From the IMG/VR virus record IMGVR_UViG_3300036851_000497, positions 2,558 to 66,557 of that record: 64,000 nt of DNA. One strand, 5' to 3'. A program made the translations under genes and the position numbers. Positions 30,137-39,780 of this stretch are shown piece by piece; positions within the stretch are counted from its first letter, which is position 1; each line of letters opens with the position of its first letter. The notes under the pieces are model-generated. The model made no database searches. It saw only the letters and a program-made list of their open reading frames with translations, and was not told the origin of the DNA. Origin of the DNA: a virus.

Positions 30137-30355
30137 GTTGTGGGCCGGGCGCTACTCCGGCAACGTATCGGTCGGTTGGCGTATGCTGTCTCCGCTTGAT
30201 CGGGAATTGATTTAACCGGCGCGAAACGCCGATCCCCGGCAGTGCATTCCGTCCCGGTTTCCGCGACTGGCTCGCCTTGCGCGGATATCCCTGATGCGTG
30301 TTCCAGCGGCCATCGACCGGCCCTAGCCACCTTGCTTTCCACGCCGCCACAACCT
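30135..30355 (-). ncRNA. putative tRNA-like scaffold ncRNA, copy 1
   Basis: AGGTTGTGG...CCACAACCT closing stem, GCGTG/CACGC arm, GCCGG-AGTAGCGC-CCGGC arm; extended -10 TGcTAAAAT at 30362-30370. Confidence 0.65.
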
Positions 30356-30411
30356 GAGCAGATTTTAGCACCGCCCAGCGCGGCTCGCTGGAAATCCGAA
30401 AGGAGATTCAA

Positions 30412-30615
30412 ATGAAAGGATGGAAGACGTTCCTTGGAATTGGACTTGTCACCCTGGCACAACTTTCCGATGCAACAGGATGGGGTTTCATGGGAGACCC
30501 AGCTGGATGGGCAACTGATATTGAAACCTTTGTCGGTTTGGCTCTTGCACTCTACGGACGTATCGTTGCCACGACAAAAATCTTTACCGATAAGCCGGTA
30601 GAGCCGACACCGTGA
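30412..30615 (+). CDS. small two-TM protein, holin candidate
   Basis: MKGWKT N-terminus, two TM segments, AAGGAG SD. Confidence 0.6.
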   Translation: MKGWKTFLGIGLVTLAQLSDATGWGFMGDPAGWATDIETFVGLALALYGRIVATTKIFTDKPVEPTP

Positions 30616-30947
30616 GAGTTTTGTGGGCGTGCGTGTTTAGCATACTCGCTGTGAAAGTTGTGTGGGTGCTTGTGTGCAGCATGTTCCTCGCCAGTTGCGG
30701 CTCTATCAACATCATGGATTCGGCCCCTCCTGAATCGGATGTAGTCGAGGAGGAGCCGGAGCAACAGGAAAAGGAGAAATGGGAATGATTGATAGCATAC
30801 GGTGGTGGTTGGTTAAGCTTTTAGTTGGTAATCGCCCGGTGATGATGAATATGTTCGTTAATGGGAGAGTTGCCGTCCGCAAGGATAGCCTCATTGTAGG
30901 CAATACAATCACTGGCAACGTTGGTCGTGGATTATTTATAGAGGAAT

Positions 30948-31118
30948 AGGTTGTGGGCCGGTCGCTACTCCGGCTTACATAGATATGTCGCTATGCTCGA
31001 ACACTGGTGGGATGGGTCCTATATGTATATATATGTCGCCAGCACGACTTAGAGGGAACGCCTCCGCCACGTTGTTCTCAACGAACGAGCGTGTCTGCTT
31101 TCCACGCCGCCACAACCT
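30948..31118 (-). ncRNA. putative tRNA-like scaffold ncRNA, copy 2
   Basis: Same terminal stem and arms; extended -10 TGtTAAAAT at 31125-31133 with identical spacing. Confidence 0.65.
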
Positions 31119-31151
31119 GAATAGATTTTAACACATGAAGGAGAAACCGAA

Positions 31152-31505
31152 ATGGGAATGAAACAATTGCAATCGCTGTGGGCCGTCTTCTTGGCGGCCT
31201 TTTTTTTGGCGCTCGCTGGATGCGGCACGCAACCGCTCTCGCAGCAGATCAAGACTGGCTACGACGTCACCGAGCAATACGTCGATCGCACTGAGCGCCT
31301 CTATGACGCCAAGGTAATCACCAAGCTAGAAGCACAGGCTAGGGTCGCGCAAGCCAAACGCGCGAAGGCTGGGCTGGATTCTGCACGCGTCGCCTTAGCA
31401 TCGTGCGCAGATGAAGTCTGCGCGGATGCGCGATCAAAGTTTCTCGCAGCGCAGATTCTCATGAATGAACTTGAAATGTTTCTCATCGCGAAGGAGCAGA
31501 AATGA
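31152..31505 (+). CDS. lipoprotein (spanin-like candidate)
   Basis: Lipobox LAGC then helical domain. Confidence 0.65.
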   Translation: MGMKQLQSLWAVFLAAFFLALAGCGTQPLSQQIKTGYDVTEQYVDRTERLYDAKVITKLEAQARVAQAKRAKAGLDSARVALASCADEVCADARSKFLAAQILMNELEMFLIAKEQK

Positions 31506-31708
31506 AGACAGGATACACAACACTTTTTGATTTCATCAACGTGCTTACGCTAATCGGCCTTCGCGCCAGCGAAGAGAATCGCGATGTGTCGCCCGAAGAA
31601 CTGAAACAAGCCTCAGATCGCCTCGGCGCAAAAATTACCGCGCTGGAAGAAAAACTACAATCGGAGCCAGCGGTTCAACCCGAGCCACCGCAAACGCCTC
31701 AAGCATGA
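31502..31708 (+). CDS. hypothetical protein coupled to lipoprotein
   Basis: ATGA overlap, AAGGAG SD. Confidence 0.55.
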   Translation: MKTGYTTLFDFINVLTLIGLRASEENRDVSPEELKQASDRLGAKITALEEKLQSEPAVQPEPPQTPQA

Positions 31709-31911
31709 GACAAAGAATCATCATTCCACGCGGTGCGCGCGTGAGCCAAGACTTTTGTTCATTCCAATGGCCGGGTCCGTATGAAGTCGAGACCGAGTTC
31801 GAGGCTGAAATCTACAGCGACTGCGTTCGCTGTGTGCCTCTCAGCTACGCCCTGCGTGGTCATTCCTTCGACGGCAGTGCCGCGATTTACATTCACCAAC
31901 CAACTTAGAAA

Positions 31912-33735
31912 ATGAAACAACGCCTCGTTTTCTGGCTGCTCGCGATTCTCGGGTCAGTCTCGTTCTTCCTGGCCTTCTGGCTACCGTTACTCGCGCTCAT
32001 GAGTCCGGCGGCTGCGGCCGCAACCTTCGTCATCGAGGATGGCGTCAGGATCAGCAGTGTCTCGCCGCAATCCGGCGATCTCGTGTTGATCAAAGGCGTC
32101 CACCGCGAGCAGATCGCGTTCAAGTCCGGTGTGATCTACGAGGGACTCGAAGGCGCAATCATCAAAGGCTCGGATATCGTGATCGGTTGGGAAGCCATTG
32201 GCGACGGACGCTTTGTTAAGCGCAATTGGAGCGTCAATTCGCAGCAAGTGTTTGTCGACGGGAAACCGCTACGCCAGATTGGCGGAACGATACCGGGTTG
32301 GAATAGCACCGGTGGGCCATGGTCGGCACCCGGCAATATCAAAAATACTTGGCCGGGACGAATCGCCGGAACCACGAGCAGCATGCAGGTCGGGGATTTC
32401 TACTATGACTCGGCCAATCGCGCCTTGTATATCAAGCCTGCTGGCGGGATCGAAGGCAAGGTTATCGAGGTTTCGGTGCGTGGATACTGGGCGAGTGGCG
32501 ATAACGTTGATGGCTGGAAGGCTATTGGCATTTCGTTCCGCCACGCCAATCTTTCGGCGACCGGACGAGGCGCCAGTCTGCGCTGTGTTGGCTGCGATGA
32601 TGTCGTTGTTAAAGGCAATGATTTTCAATATCCAGATGTTACTGCCATCGTTCTGCGCGGCAATAACAACATCATCCGCGATAACCGCATCTGGCATTCC
32701 GGGCAAATTGCGATCGCCGGCGACGGCAACAATCTTCACATACTCAACAACGACATCCGGCATTGCAACACACGCGGCTTTGAGCGCGAATGGGAGGCGG
32801 CTTGTATTAAGCTCATCGGGGCTGGCGGCCTTCGCGGTGCGCGGATCGTCGGCAACAAAATCGCCCATTGCAATGCGAGCGGCATCTGGCTTGATGGTGC
32901 TGCGGGATCGCAGTTCGACAACCTGCTTACCGACAATTACGTGTGGGATACGTGGCGCGCTTTTTTCATCGAATTGACATCCCGCAATACGCTGGAGCGC
33001 AATTACGCATGGGGAAATACTCAATACGGAATCTACATCACCGGCGGCGGCAACAAAGTCCAGCATAACCTCGTTATCGGGAATGCTCAGCGCGGAATCG
33101 TCTCAATCTACGACTCGCGTTCCGCGAGCAAAACAGACCACTTGCCGCAAGGCAATGTCGTCGAAAAGAACGTCGTTGGCTGGCATCCAAGTCACCAATT
33201 AACGCTGCCGGCACCGAATTATTCCAATACGAGTGAAAGCAATCTCTACCTCGATAATTCGTTTGGCAGTGTTGCGCGCTGGGCGCATCAGACGGGACCG
33301 ACCTCGGCAACGTTGAGTGCATGGCAGTCGGCAAGCGGTAAGGATAGGCAATCATTCGCGAAAGTCATGGCCATGCCTGCCGAGATCGTCAGCGCTATCA
33401 ATTCAAAGAGCGCTGCGCCGAATTGGTCGGCACTCGAATCCGCGGCACGTGAAATGGATTCTGCAGATCCGCCTGGGCCTTGGGCTGCCGAAGCTCCACC
33501 ACCACCGCCACCACCACCTCCACCGCCAGATGAGGAGGATTCCGACGCCGAGAAACTCGCACGGCTTGAAGCGGAGCTTGTGATCGAACGCGCGCGCTTG
33601 ACGAGCGCATTGGCGACGAGCGTCAAGCTTCAAGAGGACAGCGCAGGACTTTCCGCAGAAATCGCGCTGATTACCGAGAGAATCGGAATCCTCGAGGATG
33701 CGCTCAGATGTTTGGCGGGAGTGACGACGTGTTAA
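31912..33735 (+). CDS. right-handed beta-helix (pectin lyase-like) protein with signal peptide
   Basis: Repeated Asn-ladder motifs (IRDNRI, IVGNKI, VQHNLV), signal sequence, poly-Pro linker, C-terminal coiled coil. Confidence 0.8.
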   Translation: MKQRLVFWLLAILGSVSFFLAFWLPLLALMSPAAAAATFVIEDGVRISSVSPQSGDLVLIKGVHREQIAFKSGVIYEGLEGAIIKGSDIVIGWEAIGDGRFVKRNWSVNSQQVFVDGKPLRQIGGTIPGWNSTGGPWSAPGNIKNTWPGRIAGTTSSMQVGDFYYDSANRALYIKPAGGIEGKVIEVSVRGYWASGDNVDGWKAIGISFRHANLSATGRGASLRCVGCDDVVVKGNDFQYPDVTAIVLRGNNNIIRDNRIWHSGQIAIAGDGNNLHILNNDIRHCNTRGFEREWEAACIKLIGAGGLRGARIVGNKIAHCNASGIWLDGAAGSQFDNLLTDNYVWDTWRAFFIELTSRNTLERNYAWGNTQYGIYITGGGNKVQHNLVIGNAQRGIVSIYDSRSASKTDHLPQGNVVEKNVVGWHPSHQLTLPAPNYSNTSESNLYLDNSFGSVARWAHQTGPTSATLSAWQSASGKDRQSFAKVMAMPAEIVSAINSKSAAPNWSALESAAREMDSADPPGPWAAEAPPPPPPPPPPPDEEDSDAEKLARLEAELVIERARLTSALATSVKLQEDSAGLSAEIALITERIGILEDALRCLAGVTTC

Positions 33736-33897
33736 TCATCGAATAGAACTGGCAGGCCCAAGTCGCATCCGTAGTTCTCCCTGGTTAGTTGCGAGCGAAG
33801 CGCAGATTTGGGCAACCTGCTCGCGTCTCATGGCCATATATAACGGCCGTGGGGCGCGTTCTTCCCCATTCCGTTTAATCCAAATTCCCTATCAAAG

Positions 33898-36645
33898 ATG
33901 ACGAATCGAACCGTCACTTCTCCACAGACTATCGCCAGCGTTATGAATCAGATGGTCGCTGGCGATAAGCTCACCGTTAATCCAGGCACCTACCGCGAGC
34001 AGATCAATCCCATTAATAACATTGAACTCGTACTCACCGCTGGTGTGATCATCAAGGGTTCGGATGTCGTCACGGGTTGGCAGGCGGTCTCTGGCGGATT
34101 AAGCAATAGATTTGTCGTCGCTTGGACGACCGAATCGCAGCAGGCATTCGTCACGTCCGGATCGACAGTGACAAAGCTGCAACAGATCGGCGGGCGTAAG
34201 AGCAGTGCCTATAGCAACGGCAGTTTTCCGCCGACTTATCCGAATGAATCGCCAGGTGTATGGGGCGGCAAAGTTGCCGGCGATGAGACGACCATGCCGC
34301 TCGATTCGTTCTACCACAAAGTTAGCACAGGGCAGATGTTCATCCGCGTGACGGGCGGAATCTCAGGCAAGACAATCGAACTCTCAAAGCGCGGTTTTTT
34401 GCTCCATGCGTTTGACAAGCATGACGTCATTCTGAACGCGGCGAGCGCCAAGTTCACGCATTCGAACAGCACCAGCCGATCGCACGCGAGCACGCCAGCT
34501 GCGTTACGCATATTAGGTGATCGCTGGTATATCAACATCGGGGATGTCATCGAATGCGATGGCCAGGGATTGCTTTATCGCGGCAACGACTCAGAGATCC
34601 TCGGCAGATATAACAAAAATGGCCAGCTCGGCGTGGCAATGACCGGGCGCAATCTGAATTTCCACAATTTCGAGGCCAACGAAAATAATACCGAAGATTA
34701 CGAGCAGCAGTGGGAGGCTGGTGGAGTTAAATGCATCGGCTCATCGCCGATTGATGGGGTATCCGGTTGGGTCGGCGGCAAGATGACCGATTGGGTTTGC
34801 GCCAAGAATAACGGCAGCGGCTTATGGTGGGATACCAACCCGAACGCTGGCAGCATGACCGTCGAGCGCGGAATCGCCTGCTACAACGGCCCGGAAAATA
34901 TTTTCTTCGAAAACAGCCGAGGCGGGATCTTCCGGCATATCTACAGCTTTGGCGCGCAGCTCCGCGGCATGTACATGAATGGCGCCGGCACGCTGATCGA
35001 GCGCAATCTGGTCGCCTTCAATGGCTCGCGCACAATCATGGTGACATTGGACACTCGCCTATCCGGTGGACCAATCAATAACACCGTCAGAAGAAATCTC
35101 ATCGCCTGGAATAATCCGGGCAAACCTACCGAGCATGATTTGACTCTGCCAGAAAGCATCTATTCAGGCAATACCTCGAATTTTAACCTTTGGGTCGAAG
35201 CATCAGGCTTGCCACAACTCGCCCGGCAAGCTCAGGGCCAATGGAATGGTCTAACGGCTTGGCGCGCGGCTACTGGCTTGGATCAGGGTTCGTGGGAGCG
35301 TGTACTCGCGATCGTGGCTTCGATGCAGAGCGCGATCAACTCAAAGACGATCAACATTGATTGGACGCCACTTTTCAATGTTGCCAATGATGTCAATCCA
35401 AGCGATCCGCCAGGGCCCGCGCAAGGCGCAGCGCCTCCTGCAGGTCCAGCCGTACCGACCGGGCTCAATGTCACTGCTGGCGATACCACGGCGAATATGA
35501 CGTGGAATACGGTGGCTGGTGCGGTCAAATACGGCGCCAAACATGGAACGACAAATGGCGGTCCCTATAGCAATGTGCAGAAACCGACAGCGCCGCCCTG
35601 GCTAAAAACGAATCTTATCAACGGCCAGACGTATTATTTTGTGGTCTCCGCGATCGACGCCAATGATATCGAATCAGCGAATTCCCCGGAATTTGCAGCA
35701 ACGCCTACTGCCGGATTGCCAGCTGCGCCATTGGCACCCACAGGATTAACCGCAGCAGCGGGTAATGCAGAAGTTCAACTCAATTGGACAGCAGCCGCCG
35801 GTTCGCCAACAAGCTACACGGTGAAATGGGGCACGAGCAATGGCGGTCCCTATCCCAACACGATCACCGGCATTATCACAACGAGCCGACTTGTCACCGG
35901 GCTCACCAATGGTACGCCGCATTATTTTGTTGCCAGCGCCAGCAACGATGGCGGCGAATCGCCGAATTCTACCCAAGCATCGGCAACTCCAATAGCCCCC
36001 GTTCTGCAACCGCCGGATCCACCAACAGGCTTGAATGTAGAACCGCAAAATCAAGCTTTGAGCGCAAGCTGGAATGCATCGCCGAATGCGCTCGAATATA
36101 CGGTGAAATGGGGCACGACGGCGGGAGGTCCATATCCCGATTCGCAAACCGGGATTACCGATACAAATTTCCTGATTCCGAATCTAATAAACGGGACTAC
36201 TTATCGCGTTGTGGTCTCTGCCTCCAACGCAGATGGGGAATCGGCCAATTCGAATGAATTTGCTGCGACACCGCAAGCATCTGTGTCATTGCCGCCACCG
36301 CCGCCAGAGAATCTAATTCCCATCGCTGGAGATGGTAATGTTTTCCTCGGATGGAACGCCTCGCAAACTGCTTTAAGCTACACAGTAAAATGGGGGACGA
36401 TATCCGGTGGGCCTTATCCGAATTCGATTTCCGATCTCACTGTGACGAATGTGCTGATCGAGGATCTTGAGAACGGGCTGGCGCATTATTTCATTGTCAC
36501 TGCTTCAAATAACGCCGGAGAAGGATTAAGTTCTGCCGAAGTCTCAGCGACACCGCAAGAGCCGTTGCCGGAGCCGGAGCCAGAAGAAGAACCGGAAGCC
36601 GTGCTTAAGCTGAAGACGGGAACGCAGCAGATTGTTACGGCTTAA
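33898..36645 (+). CDS. beta-helix protein with four fibronectin type III repeats
   Basis: Paralogue of the upstream gene (IIKGSD, QIGG, WEA, DPPGP); repeats PTGL..W...YTVKWGT..GGPY..L.NG..Y.VV.A. Confidence 0.85.
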   Translation: MTNRTVTSPQTIASVMNQMVAGDKLTVNPGTYREQINPINNIELVLTAGVIIKGSDVVTGWQAVSGGLSNRFVVAWTTESQQAFVTSGSTVTKLQQIGGRKSSAYSNGSFPPTYPNESPGVWGGKVAGDETTMPLDSFYHKVSTGQMFIRVTGGISGKTIELSKRGFLLHAFDKHDVILNAASAKFTHSNSTSRSHASTPAALRILGDRWYINIGDVIECDGQGLLYRGNDSEILGRYNKNGQLGVAMTGRNLNFHNFEANENNTEDYEQQWEAGGVKCIGSSPIDGVSGWVGGKMTDWVCAKNNGSGLWWDTNPNAGSMTVERGIACYNGPENIFFENSRGGIFRHIYSFGAQLRGMYMNGAGTLIERNLVAFNGSRTIMVTLDTRLSGGPINNTVRRNLIAWNNPGKPTEHDLTLPESIYSGNTSNFNLWVEASGLPQLARQAQGQWNGLTAWRAATGLDQGSWERVLAIVASMQSAINSKTINIDWTPLFNVANDVNPSDPPGPAQGAAPPAGPAVPTGLNVTAGDTTANMTWNTVAGAVKYGAKHGTTNGGPYSNVQKPTAPPWLKTNLINGQTYYFVVSAIDANDIESANSPEFAATPTAGLPAAPLAPTGLTAAAGNAEVQLNWTAAAGSPTSYTVKWGTSNGGPYPNTITGIITTSRLVTGLTNGTPHYFVASASNDGGESPNSTQASATPIAPVLQPPDPPTGLNVEPQNQALSASWNASPNALEYTVKWGTTAGGPYPDSQTGITDTNFLIPNLINGTTYRVVVSASNADGESANSNEFAATPQASVSLPPPPPENLIPIAGDGNVFLGWNASQTALSYTVKWGTISGGPYPNSISDLTVTNVLIEDLENGLAHYFIVTASNNAGEGLSSAEVSATPQEPLPEPEPEEEPEAVLKLKTGTQQIVTA

Positions 36646-36964
36646 TTTGTGCTAAGAAAGCGCTAGCCTCGGCGAGCACCTTATTGAATTCTTCTGCAGT
36701 GCATTGATATTTGCCGCGTCCTAATACGTAATCAGCGCCTTCATTGCCGTAACTTTTTGCCGATTCTTTGCCAATTTCAAATTCCAATTCTCTACCGCGT
36801 TCAATGCGTTGCACATGCCATACAACGTCATCAGCGTCCCAACGATAATAAATAACGTTGTCTGCCTCATCTACCATGAGGTCATGCTTGCGATAAATGG
36901 GAAATTCCACTTCGATAGTGGTTTCCTCCCGGCGGGATTGCCAAACTTTAATTGTGCGTTTCAT
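36635..36964 (-). CDS. hypothetical protein
   Basis: Last gene of the leftward arm, convergent with the beta-helix gene. Confidence 0.55.
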   Translation of the reverse strand: MKRTIKVWQSRREETTIEVEFPIYRKHDLMVDEADNVIYYRWDADDVVWHVQRIERGRELEFEIGKESAKSYGNEGADYVLGRGKYQCTAEEFNKVLAEASAFLAQIKP

Positions 36965-36976
36965 TTTCGCAATTTG

Positions 36977-37339
36977 TTAGAACATGCTAACCGGCATCGC
37001 GGCTGCGGCATTCGAACGCCAAATCTTGCCGTTTTTCATGAGCGCTTCGACGACGAATTGGTAGCAAACATTATTGATCAATCCCCACACATCGAAGCGA
37101 CAATATTCAGGGGATCTCGATATGCCTGAGTTATTCGCCATTTCGACGATGGAATAGAAAAGCACTCCATTGGCCTTCCGATATGGTCCATGCTCGTCAT
37201 CGCGCCCACCGAATTCGCGGGCAGCGTAATAAACCGAGAAGCATTCGACATCTGGAAAATTCAACCAGGTCAATTTCACGTATGAATCGCCAGGGCAAAC
37301 GGTCAATTCAAAGCGTGGGCGTTTTTGATCTTCAATCAT
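36977..37339 (-). CDS. stand-alone FN3-like protein
   Basis: LTVCPGDSYVKLTW...YYA...GPY...GLINNVCYQFVVEAL...SN. Confidence 0.6.
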   Translation of the reverse strand: MIEDQKRPRFELTVCPGDSYVKLTWLNFPDVECFSVYYAAREFGGRDDEHGPYRKANGVLFYSIVEMANNSGISRSPEYCRFDVWGLINNVCYQFVVEALMKNGKIWRSNAAAAMPVSMF

Positions 37340-37566
37340 GGTTCAATGTGACGATCCTCACGCCTCAGAAGGATCGTAATTCCATTGATATCGATCCCGA
37401 TTAATGAATGCTCGAAATGCTTTTCGCATTGTAGTCTTAGGGGCACGCCTTGCGGACCTTTGTAGATTAAACGACTGCCGCAGGAAGGGCATTTGAAAGC
37501 GGGTTCAATCAAAACCATTTTGATGAGATCCTTTGCACCGGAATCATTGACAATAATTTTCAGCAT
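37336..37566 (-). CDS. small Zn-ribbon protein
   Basis: CPSCG...CEKH. Confidence 0.5.
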   Translation of the reverse strand: MLKIIVNDSGAKDLIKMVLIEPAFKCPSCGSRLIYKGPQGVPLRLQCEKHFEHSLIGIDINGITILLRREDRHIEP

Positions 37567-38288
37567 TGCTGATCCTTCCGAACCCGATGCAATATCCCAT
37601 CGACCTGTAACAACTCCCCGGTTTTTGGATCAGCGAACCCTGGCTCTAGCGAGACAATTCGATAACCCTGCCCGCGCAGCATTTTTAACATATCCTCTAT
37701 TAGAACCTCGCCGTCGTAGAGCGGGATCAACGACAATTCGAGCTGGATCGTATCAATATAATCAAGCGAACTTTCAGCGCCTCTAAGCACATTGGCTTCA
37801 AACCCCTGGGTATCAATTTTGAGCAGGATATTGGCCCCTGACGGAGAGAGCTCAGAAAACCACGAATCCAATTGCTCAATAAAAATTTCCTCTTGGCCGA
37901 TGTACCTAGACTCTGGTGCGGCGGCCAAGTGAGACGGCAGCATGGCGCGGATCGAACTGCTGTAAGAATTACCGGCAATATTGATGAACGCAGTTTCTCT
38001 TTTATCGCCCAAGGCGAAATTGTAGGTTAGCCATAATGGATCATCGGCAGCGCGTCGTTTTAATTCAACATAGGCCAGATAGAGCGGTTCAAAGGAAACG
38101 ATTTTTCCCCTGTAGCCCATCTTGCGCAGCTCGCGCACGTACTGGCCGCTATTGGCTCCAACGTCGATCACGAGATTAATTTCGTAAGTTTGCAGAAGTT
38201 GTTGCCTGCGCACGAGTGGGGCATCGCGGATGATATCAAGGCCAGCTTTTCTCAGTTGATGGCGAATCATTTGGTTGATGGCACTCAT
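37560..38288 (-). CDS. FkbM-family SAM methyltransferase
   Basis: VIDVGANSGQY, IVSFEP, ALGD, LLKIDTQGFE..VLRGA. Confidence 0.92.
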   Translation of the reverse strand: MSAINQMIRHQLRKAGLDIIRDAPLVRRQQLLQTYEINLVIDVGANSGQYVRELRKMGYRGKIVSFEPLYLAYVELKRRAADDPLWLTYNFALGDKRETAFINIAGNSYSSSIRAMLPSHLAAAPESRYIGQEEIFIEQLDSWFSELSPSGANILLKIDTQGFEANVLRGAESSLDYIDTIQLELSLIPLYDGEVLIEDMLKMLRGQGYRIVSLEPGFADPKTGELLQVDGILHRVRKDQQC

Positions 38289-38439
38289 TCCGGTCCCTTC
38301 ACATCACACCAGTGGGTTGCGCTTGAGGGCCAATCACGATCATCTGCCCAGAACGCGCTCGTGAATTTCCACGGCATATCGGGTAGCCACACCAGATACC
38401 ATCCCTCCCGTTCCGGTTTCTCGCTTATCGGATGCCAGT

Positions 38440-38757
38440 TCACAACACTACCTTTCCAGTCAGTAACGGCGTAGCTCGATAGCAAGTCGTCGGGAAGTCC
38501 CCAACGTATTGCGCGCAGAAACAAACTTCCCCACATGGCTCAGTAACATCAGTGGGCGCGATCAGGCCGAATTTTGCGGCAATCTCTTGTAAGACATCGC
38601 CTTCTATACCCACATCATTAGGCCAGTTTTCCATGATGCGACGCGCAAAATCGCGCAGAGCGTTTAGTTCTGTTGCCATCCGCTGGATATGTTCAGGTGA
38701 CGCAGCGTGTGGATGAATCTCAAACTGGTTAAGTCTTTCATTCCACGGTAGCGACAT
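38440..38757 (-). CDS. hypothetical protein
   Basis: C-terminal EPCGEVCFCA...CYR. Confidence 0.55.
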   Translation of the reverse strand: MSLPWNERLNQFEIHPHAASPEHIQRMATELNALRDFARRIMENWPNDVGIEGDVLQEIAAKFGLIAPTDVTEPCGEVCFCAQYVGDFPTTCYRATPLLTGKVVL

Positions 38758-39397
38758 TGCGTTTGCTCCTAGCATTTCTTTTTTTCTCTGATTCCCTATG
38801 GCATGTGCGACACACGCGGTGACCGTTACGCGAGTACCGCGTGTTCGTTTCATCAAATGCGTGCCCGTGCACGCAATGCGTGAGGCTCCGTTTCCAAGGT
38901 GTAGTGCGGAGGCGCCCTTTGTTGGATGCGTCCCTCATATTGTCTATTTGTGTTCCTAGGAAAAGGTGTGCCGGATTGACGCAACACGGGTTGTCGCACT
39001 TATGACATACATATAAGCCGTTAGATATAGGGCCGTTATGCAACTCCCAAGAAAGCCTGTGCGCGCCAAAGACACCTAGCCCCATGATGGAAAATCGTCC
39101 ATACCCGAGTGGGTAACGCGACCCAAGCCAAACCCAACATTCTTCTGTTTTTTTTATCTTCGATAAAAAGCGTTCACGCCAAGGTTCGCGCTCTGAATGG
39201 ACTTGCTGCTTAGCAAATATCGTAAAGTTGGCATTGCGACATTTATGACAAATGGCGCTCTGAGGTCTGCCATTTTTCAGTAATACCCAACGACCAGAAC
39301 TGCATTGAGAACACAGTAGCCATTGGTGCTTGTGGCGCGATTTCATTCCAATTGATGGCCCACTGACGATCTCCCCAACGATAGGTACTTCCTTCAT
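38738..39397 (-). CDS. HNH homing endonuclease (HNH_3 type)
   Basis: ECWVWLG..GYG, AHRLSW, VCHKCDNPCCVNPAHLFLGTQIDN, THCVHGH. Confidence 0.92.
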   Translation of the reverse strand: MKEVPIVGEIVSGPSIGMKSRHKHQWLLCSQCSSGRWVLLKNGRPQSAICHKCRNANFTIFAKQQVHSEREPWRERFLSKIKKTEECWVWLGSRYPLGYGRFSIMGLGVFGAHRLSWELHNGPISNGLYVCHKCDNPCCVNPAHLFLGTQIDNMRDASNKGRLRTTPWKRSLTHCVHGHAFDETNTRYSRNGHRVCRTCHRESEKKRNARSKRNVATVE

Positions 39398-39780
39398 TCC
39401 TTCCCCTCCAGCACCTTGTCCAAACGTGAAATGCATTCAGAGTGATATGCGGCACGAGCAAGCGATCCTCCTGTTTGTTGACTAGCCTGCTTACGCAATT
39501 CATGATGTTCCTTCTCCGCCACTAGCGCGGCGCGGAGGCGGGCGATTTCCTCGTTTGCTTCGATCAACTTTTCGTTTATTCTCGCAGATAGTCCGCGCTC
39601 GCCATTTAGCCATTCCTTGTGCTGCTCTAGTGCCTCACTATCGACAAGGATGGCATTCAGTTCGTCGCGTGAAATTAACCCTTCGCAGATTACATTGGGG
39701 TTTTCATACGCTAACTCGTGTTCTAGGATACTGAGACGCTGACTCAGCCTCAGACGCAATTCAGCCCTTGATTCGCTCAT
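39394..39780 (-). CDS. hypothetical coiled-coil protein
   Basis: Coupled ORF in nin-like region. Confidence 0.55.
   Translation of the reverse strand: MSESRAELRLRLSQRLSILEHELAYENPNVICEGLISRDELNAILVDSEALEQHKEWLNGERGLSARINEKLIEANEEIARLRAALVAEKEHHELRKQASQQTGGSLARAAYHSECISRLDKVLEGKE

Noticed and set aside
31018-31040. LexA box in the TATATGTATATATATG stretch
   Set aside because: Lacks the CTG...CAG ends of the proteobacterial SOS box.
30135-31118. tmRNA or true tRNA genes
   Set aside because: No TTCRA T-loop, CCA end, anticodon loop or tag reading frame recognised.
32198-33066. Long overlapping ORFs (259 aa plus, 265 aa minus) and similar shadow ORFs elsewhere
   Set aside because: They lie inside well-supported genes, show no motifs or SD, and are expected at this GC content.
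33495-33530. CCA/CCG tandem repeat as a contingency locus
   Set aside because: It is an imperfect in-frame codon run encoding a poly-proline linker.
22047-36645. Diversity-generating retroelement
   Set aside because: No reverse transcriptase and no template/variable repeat pair differing at adenines was seen.
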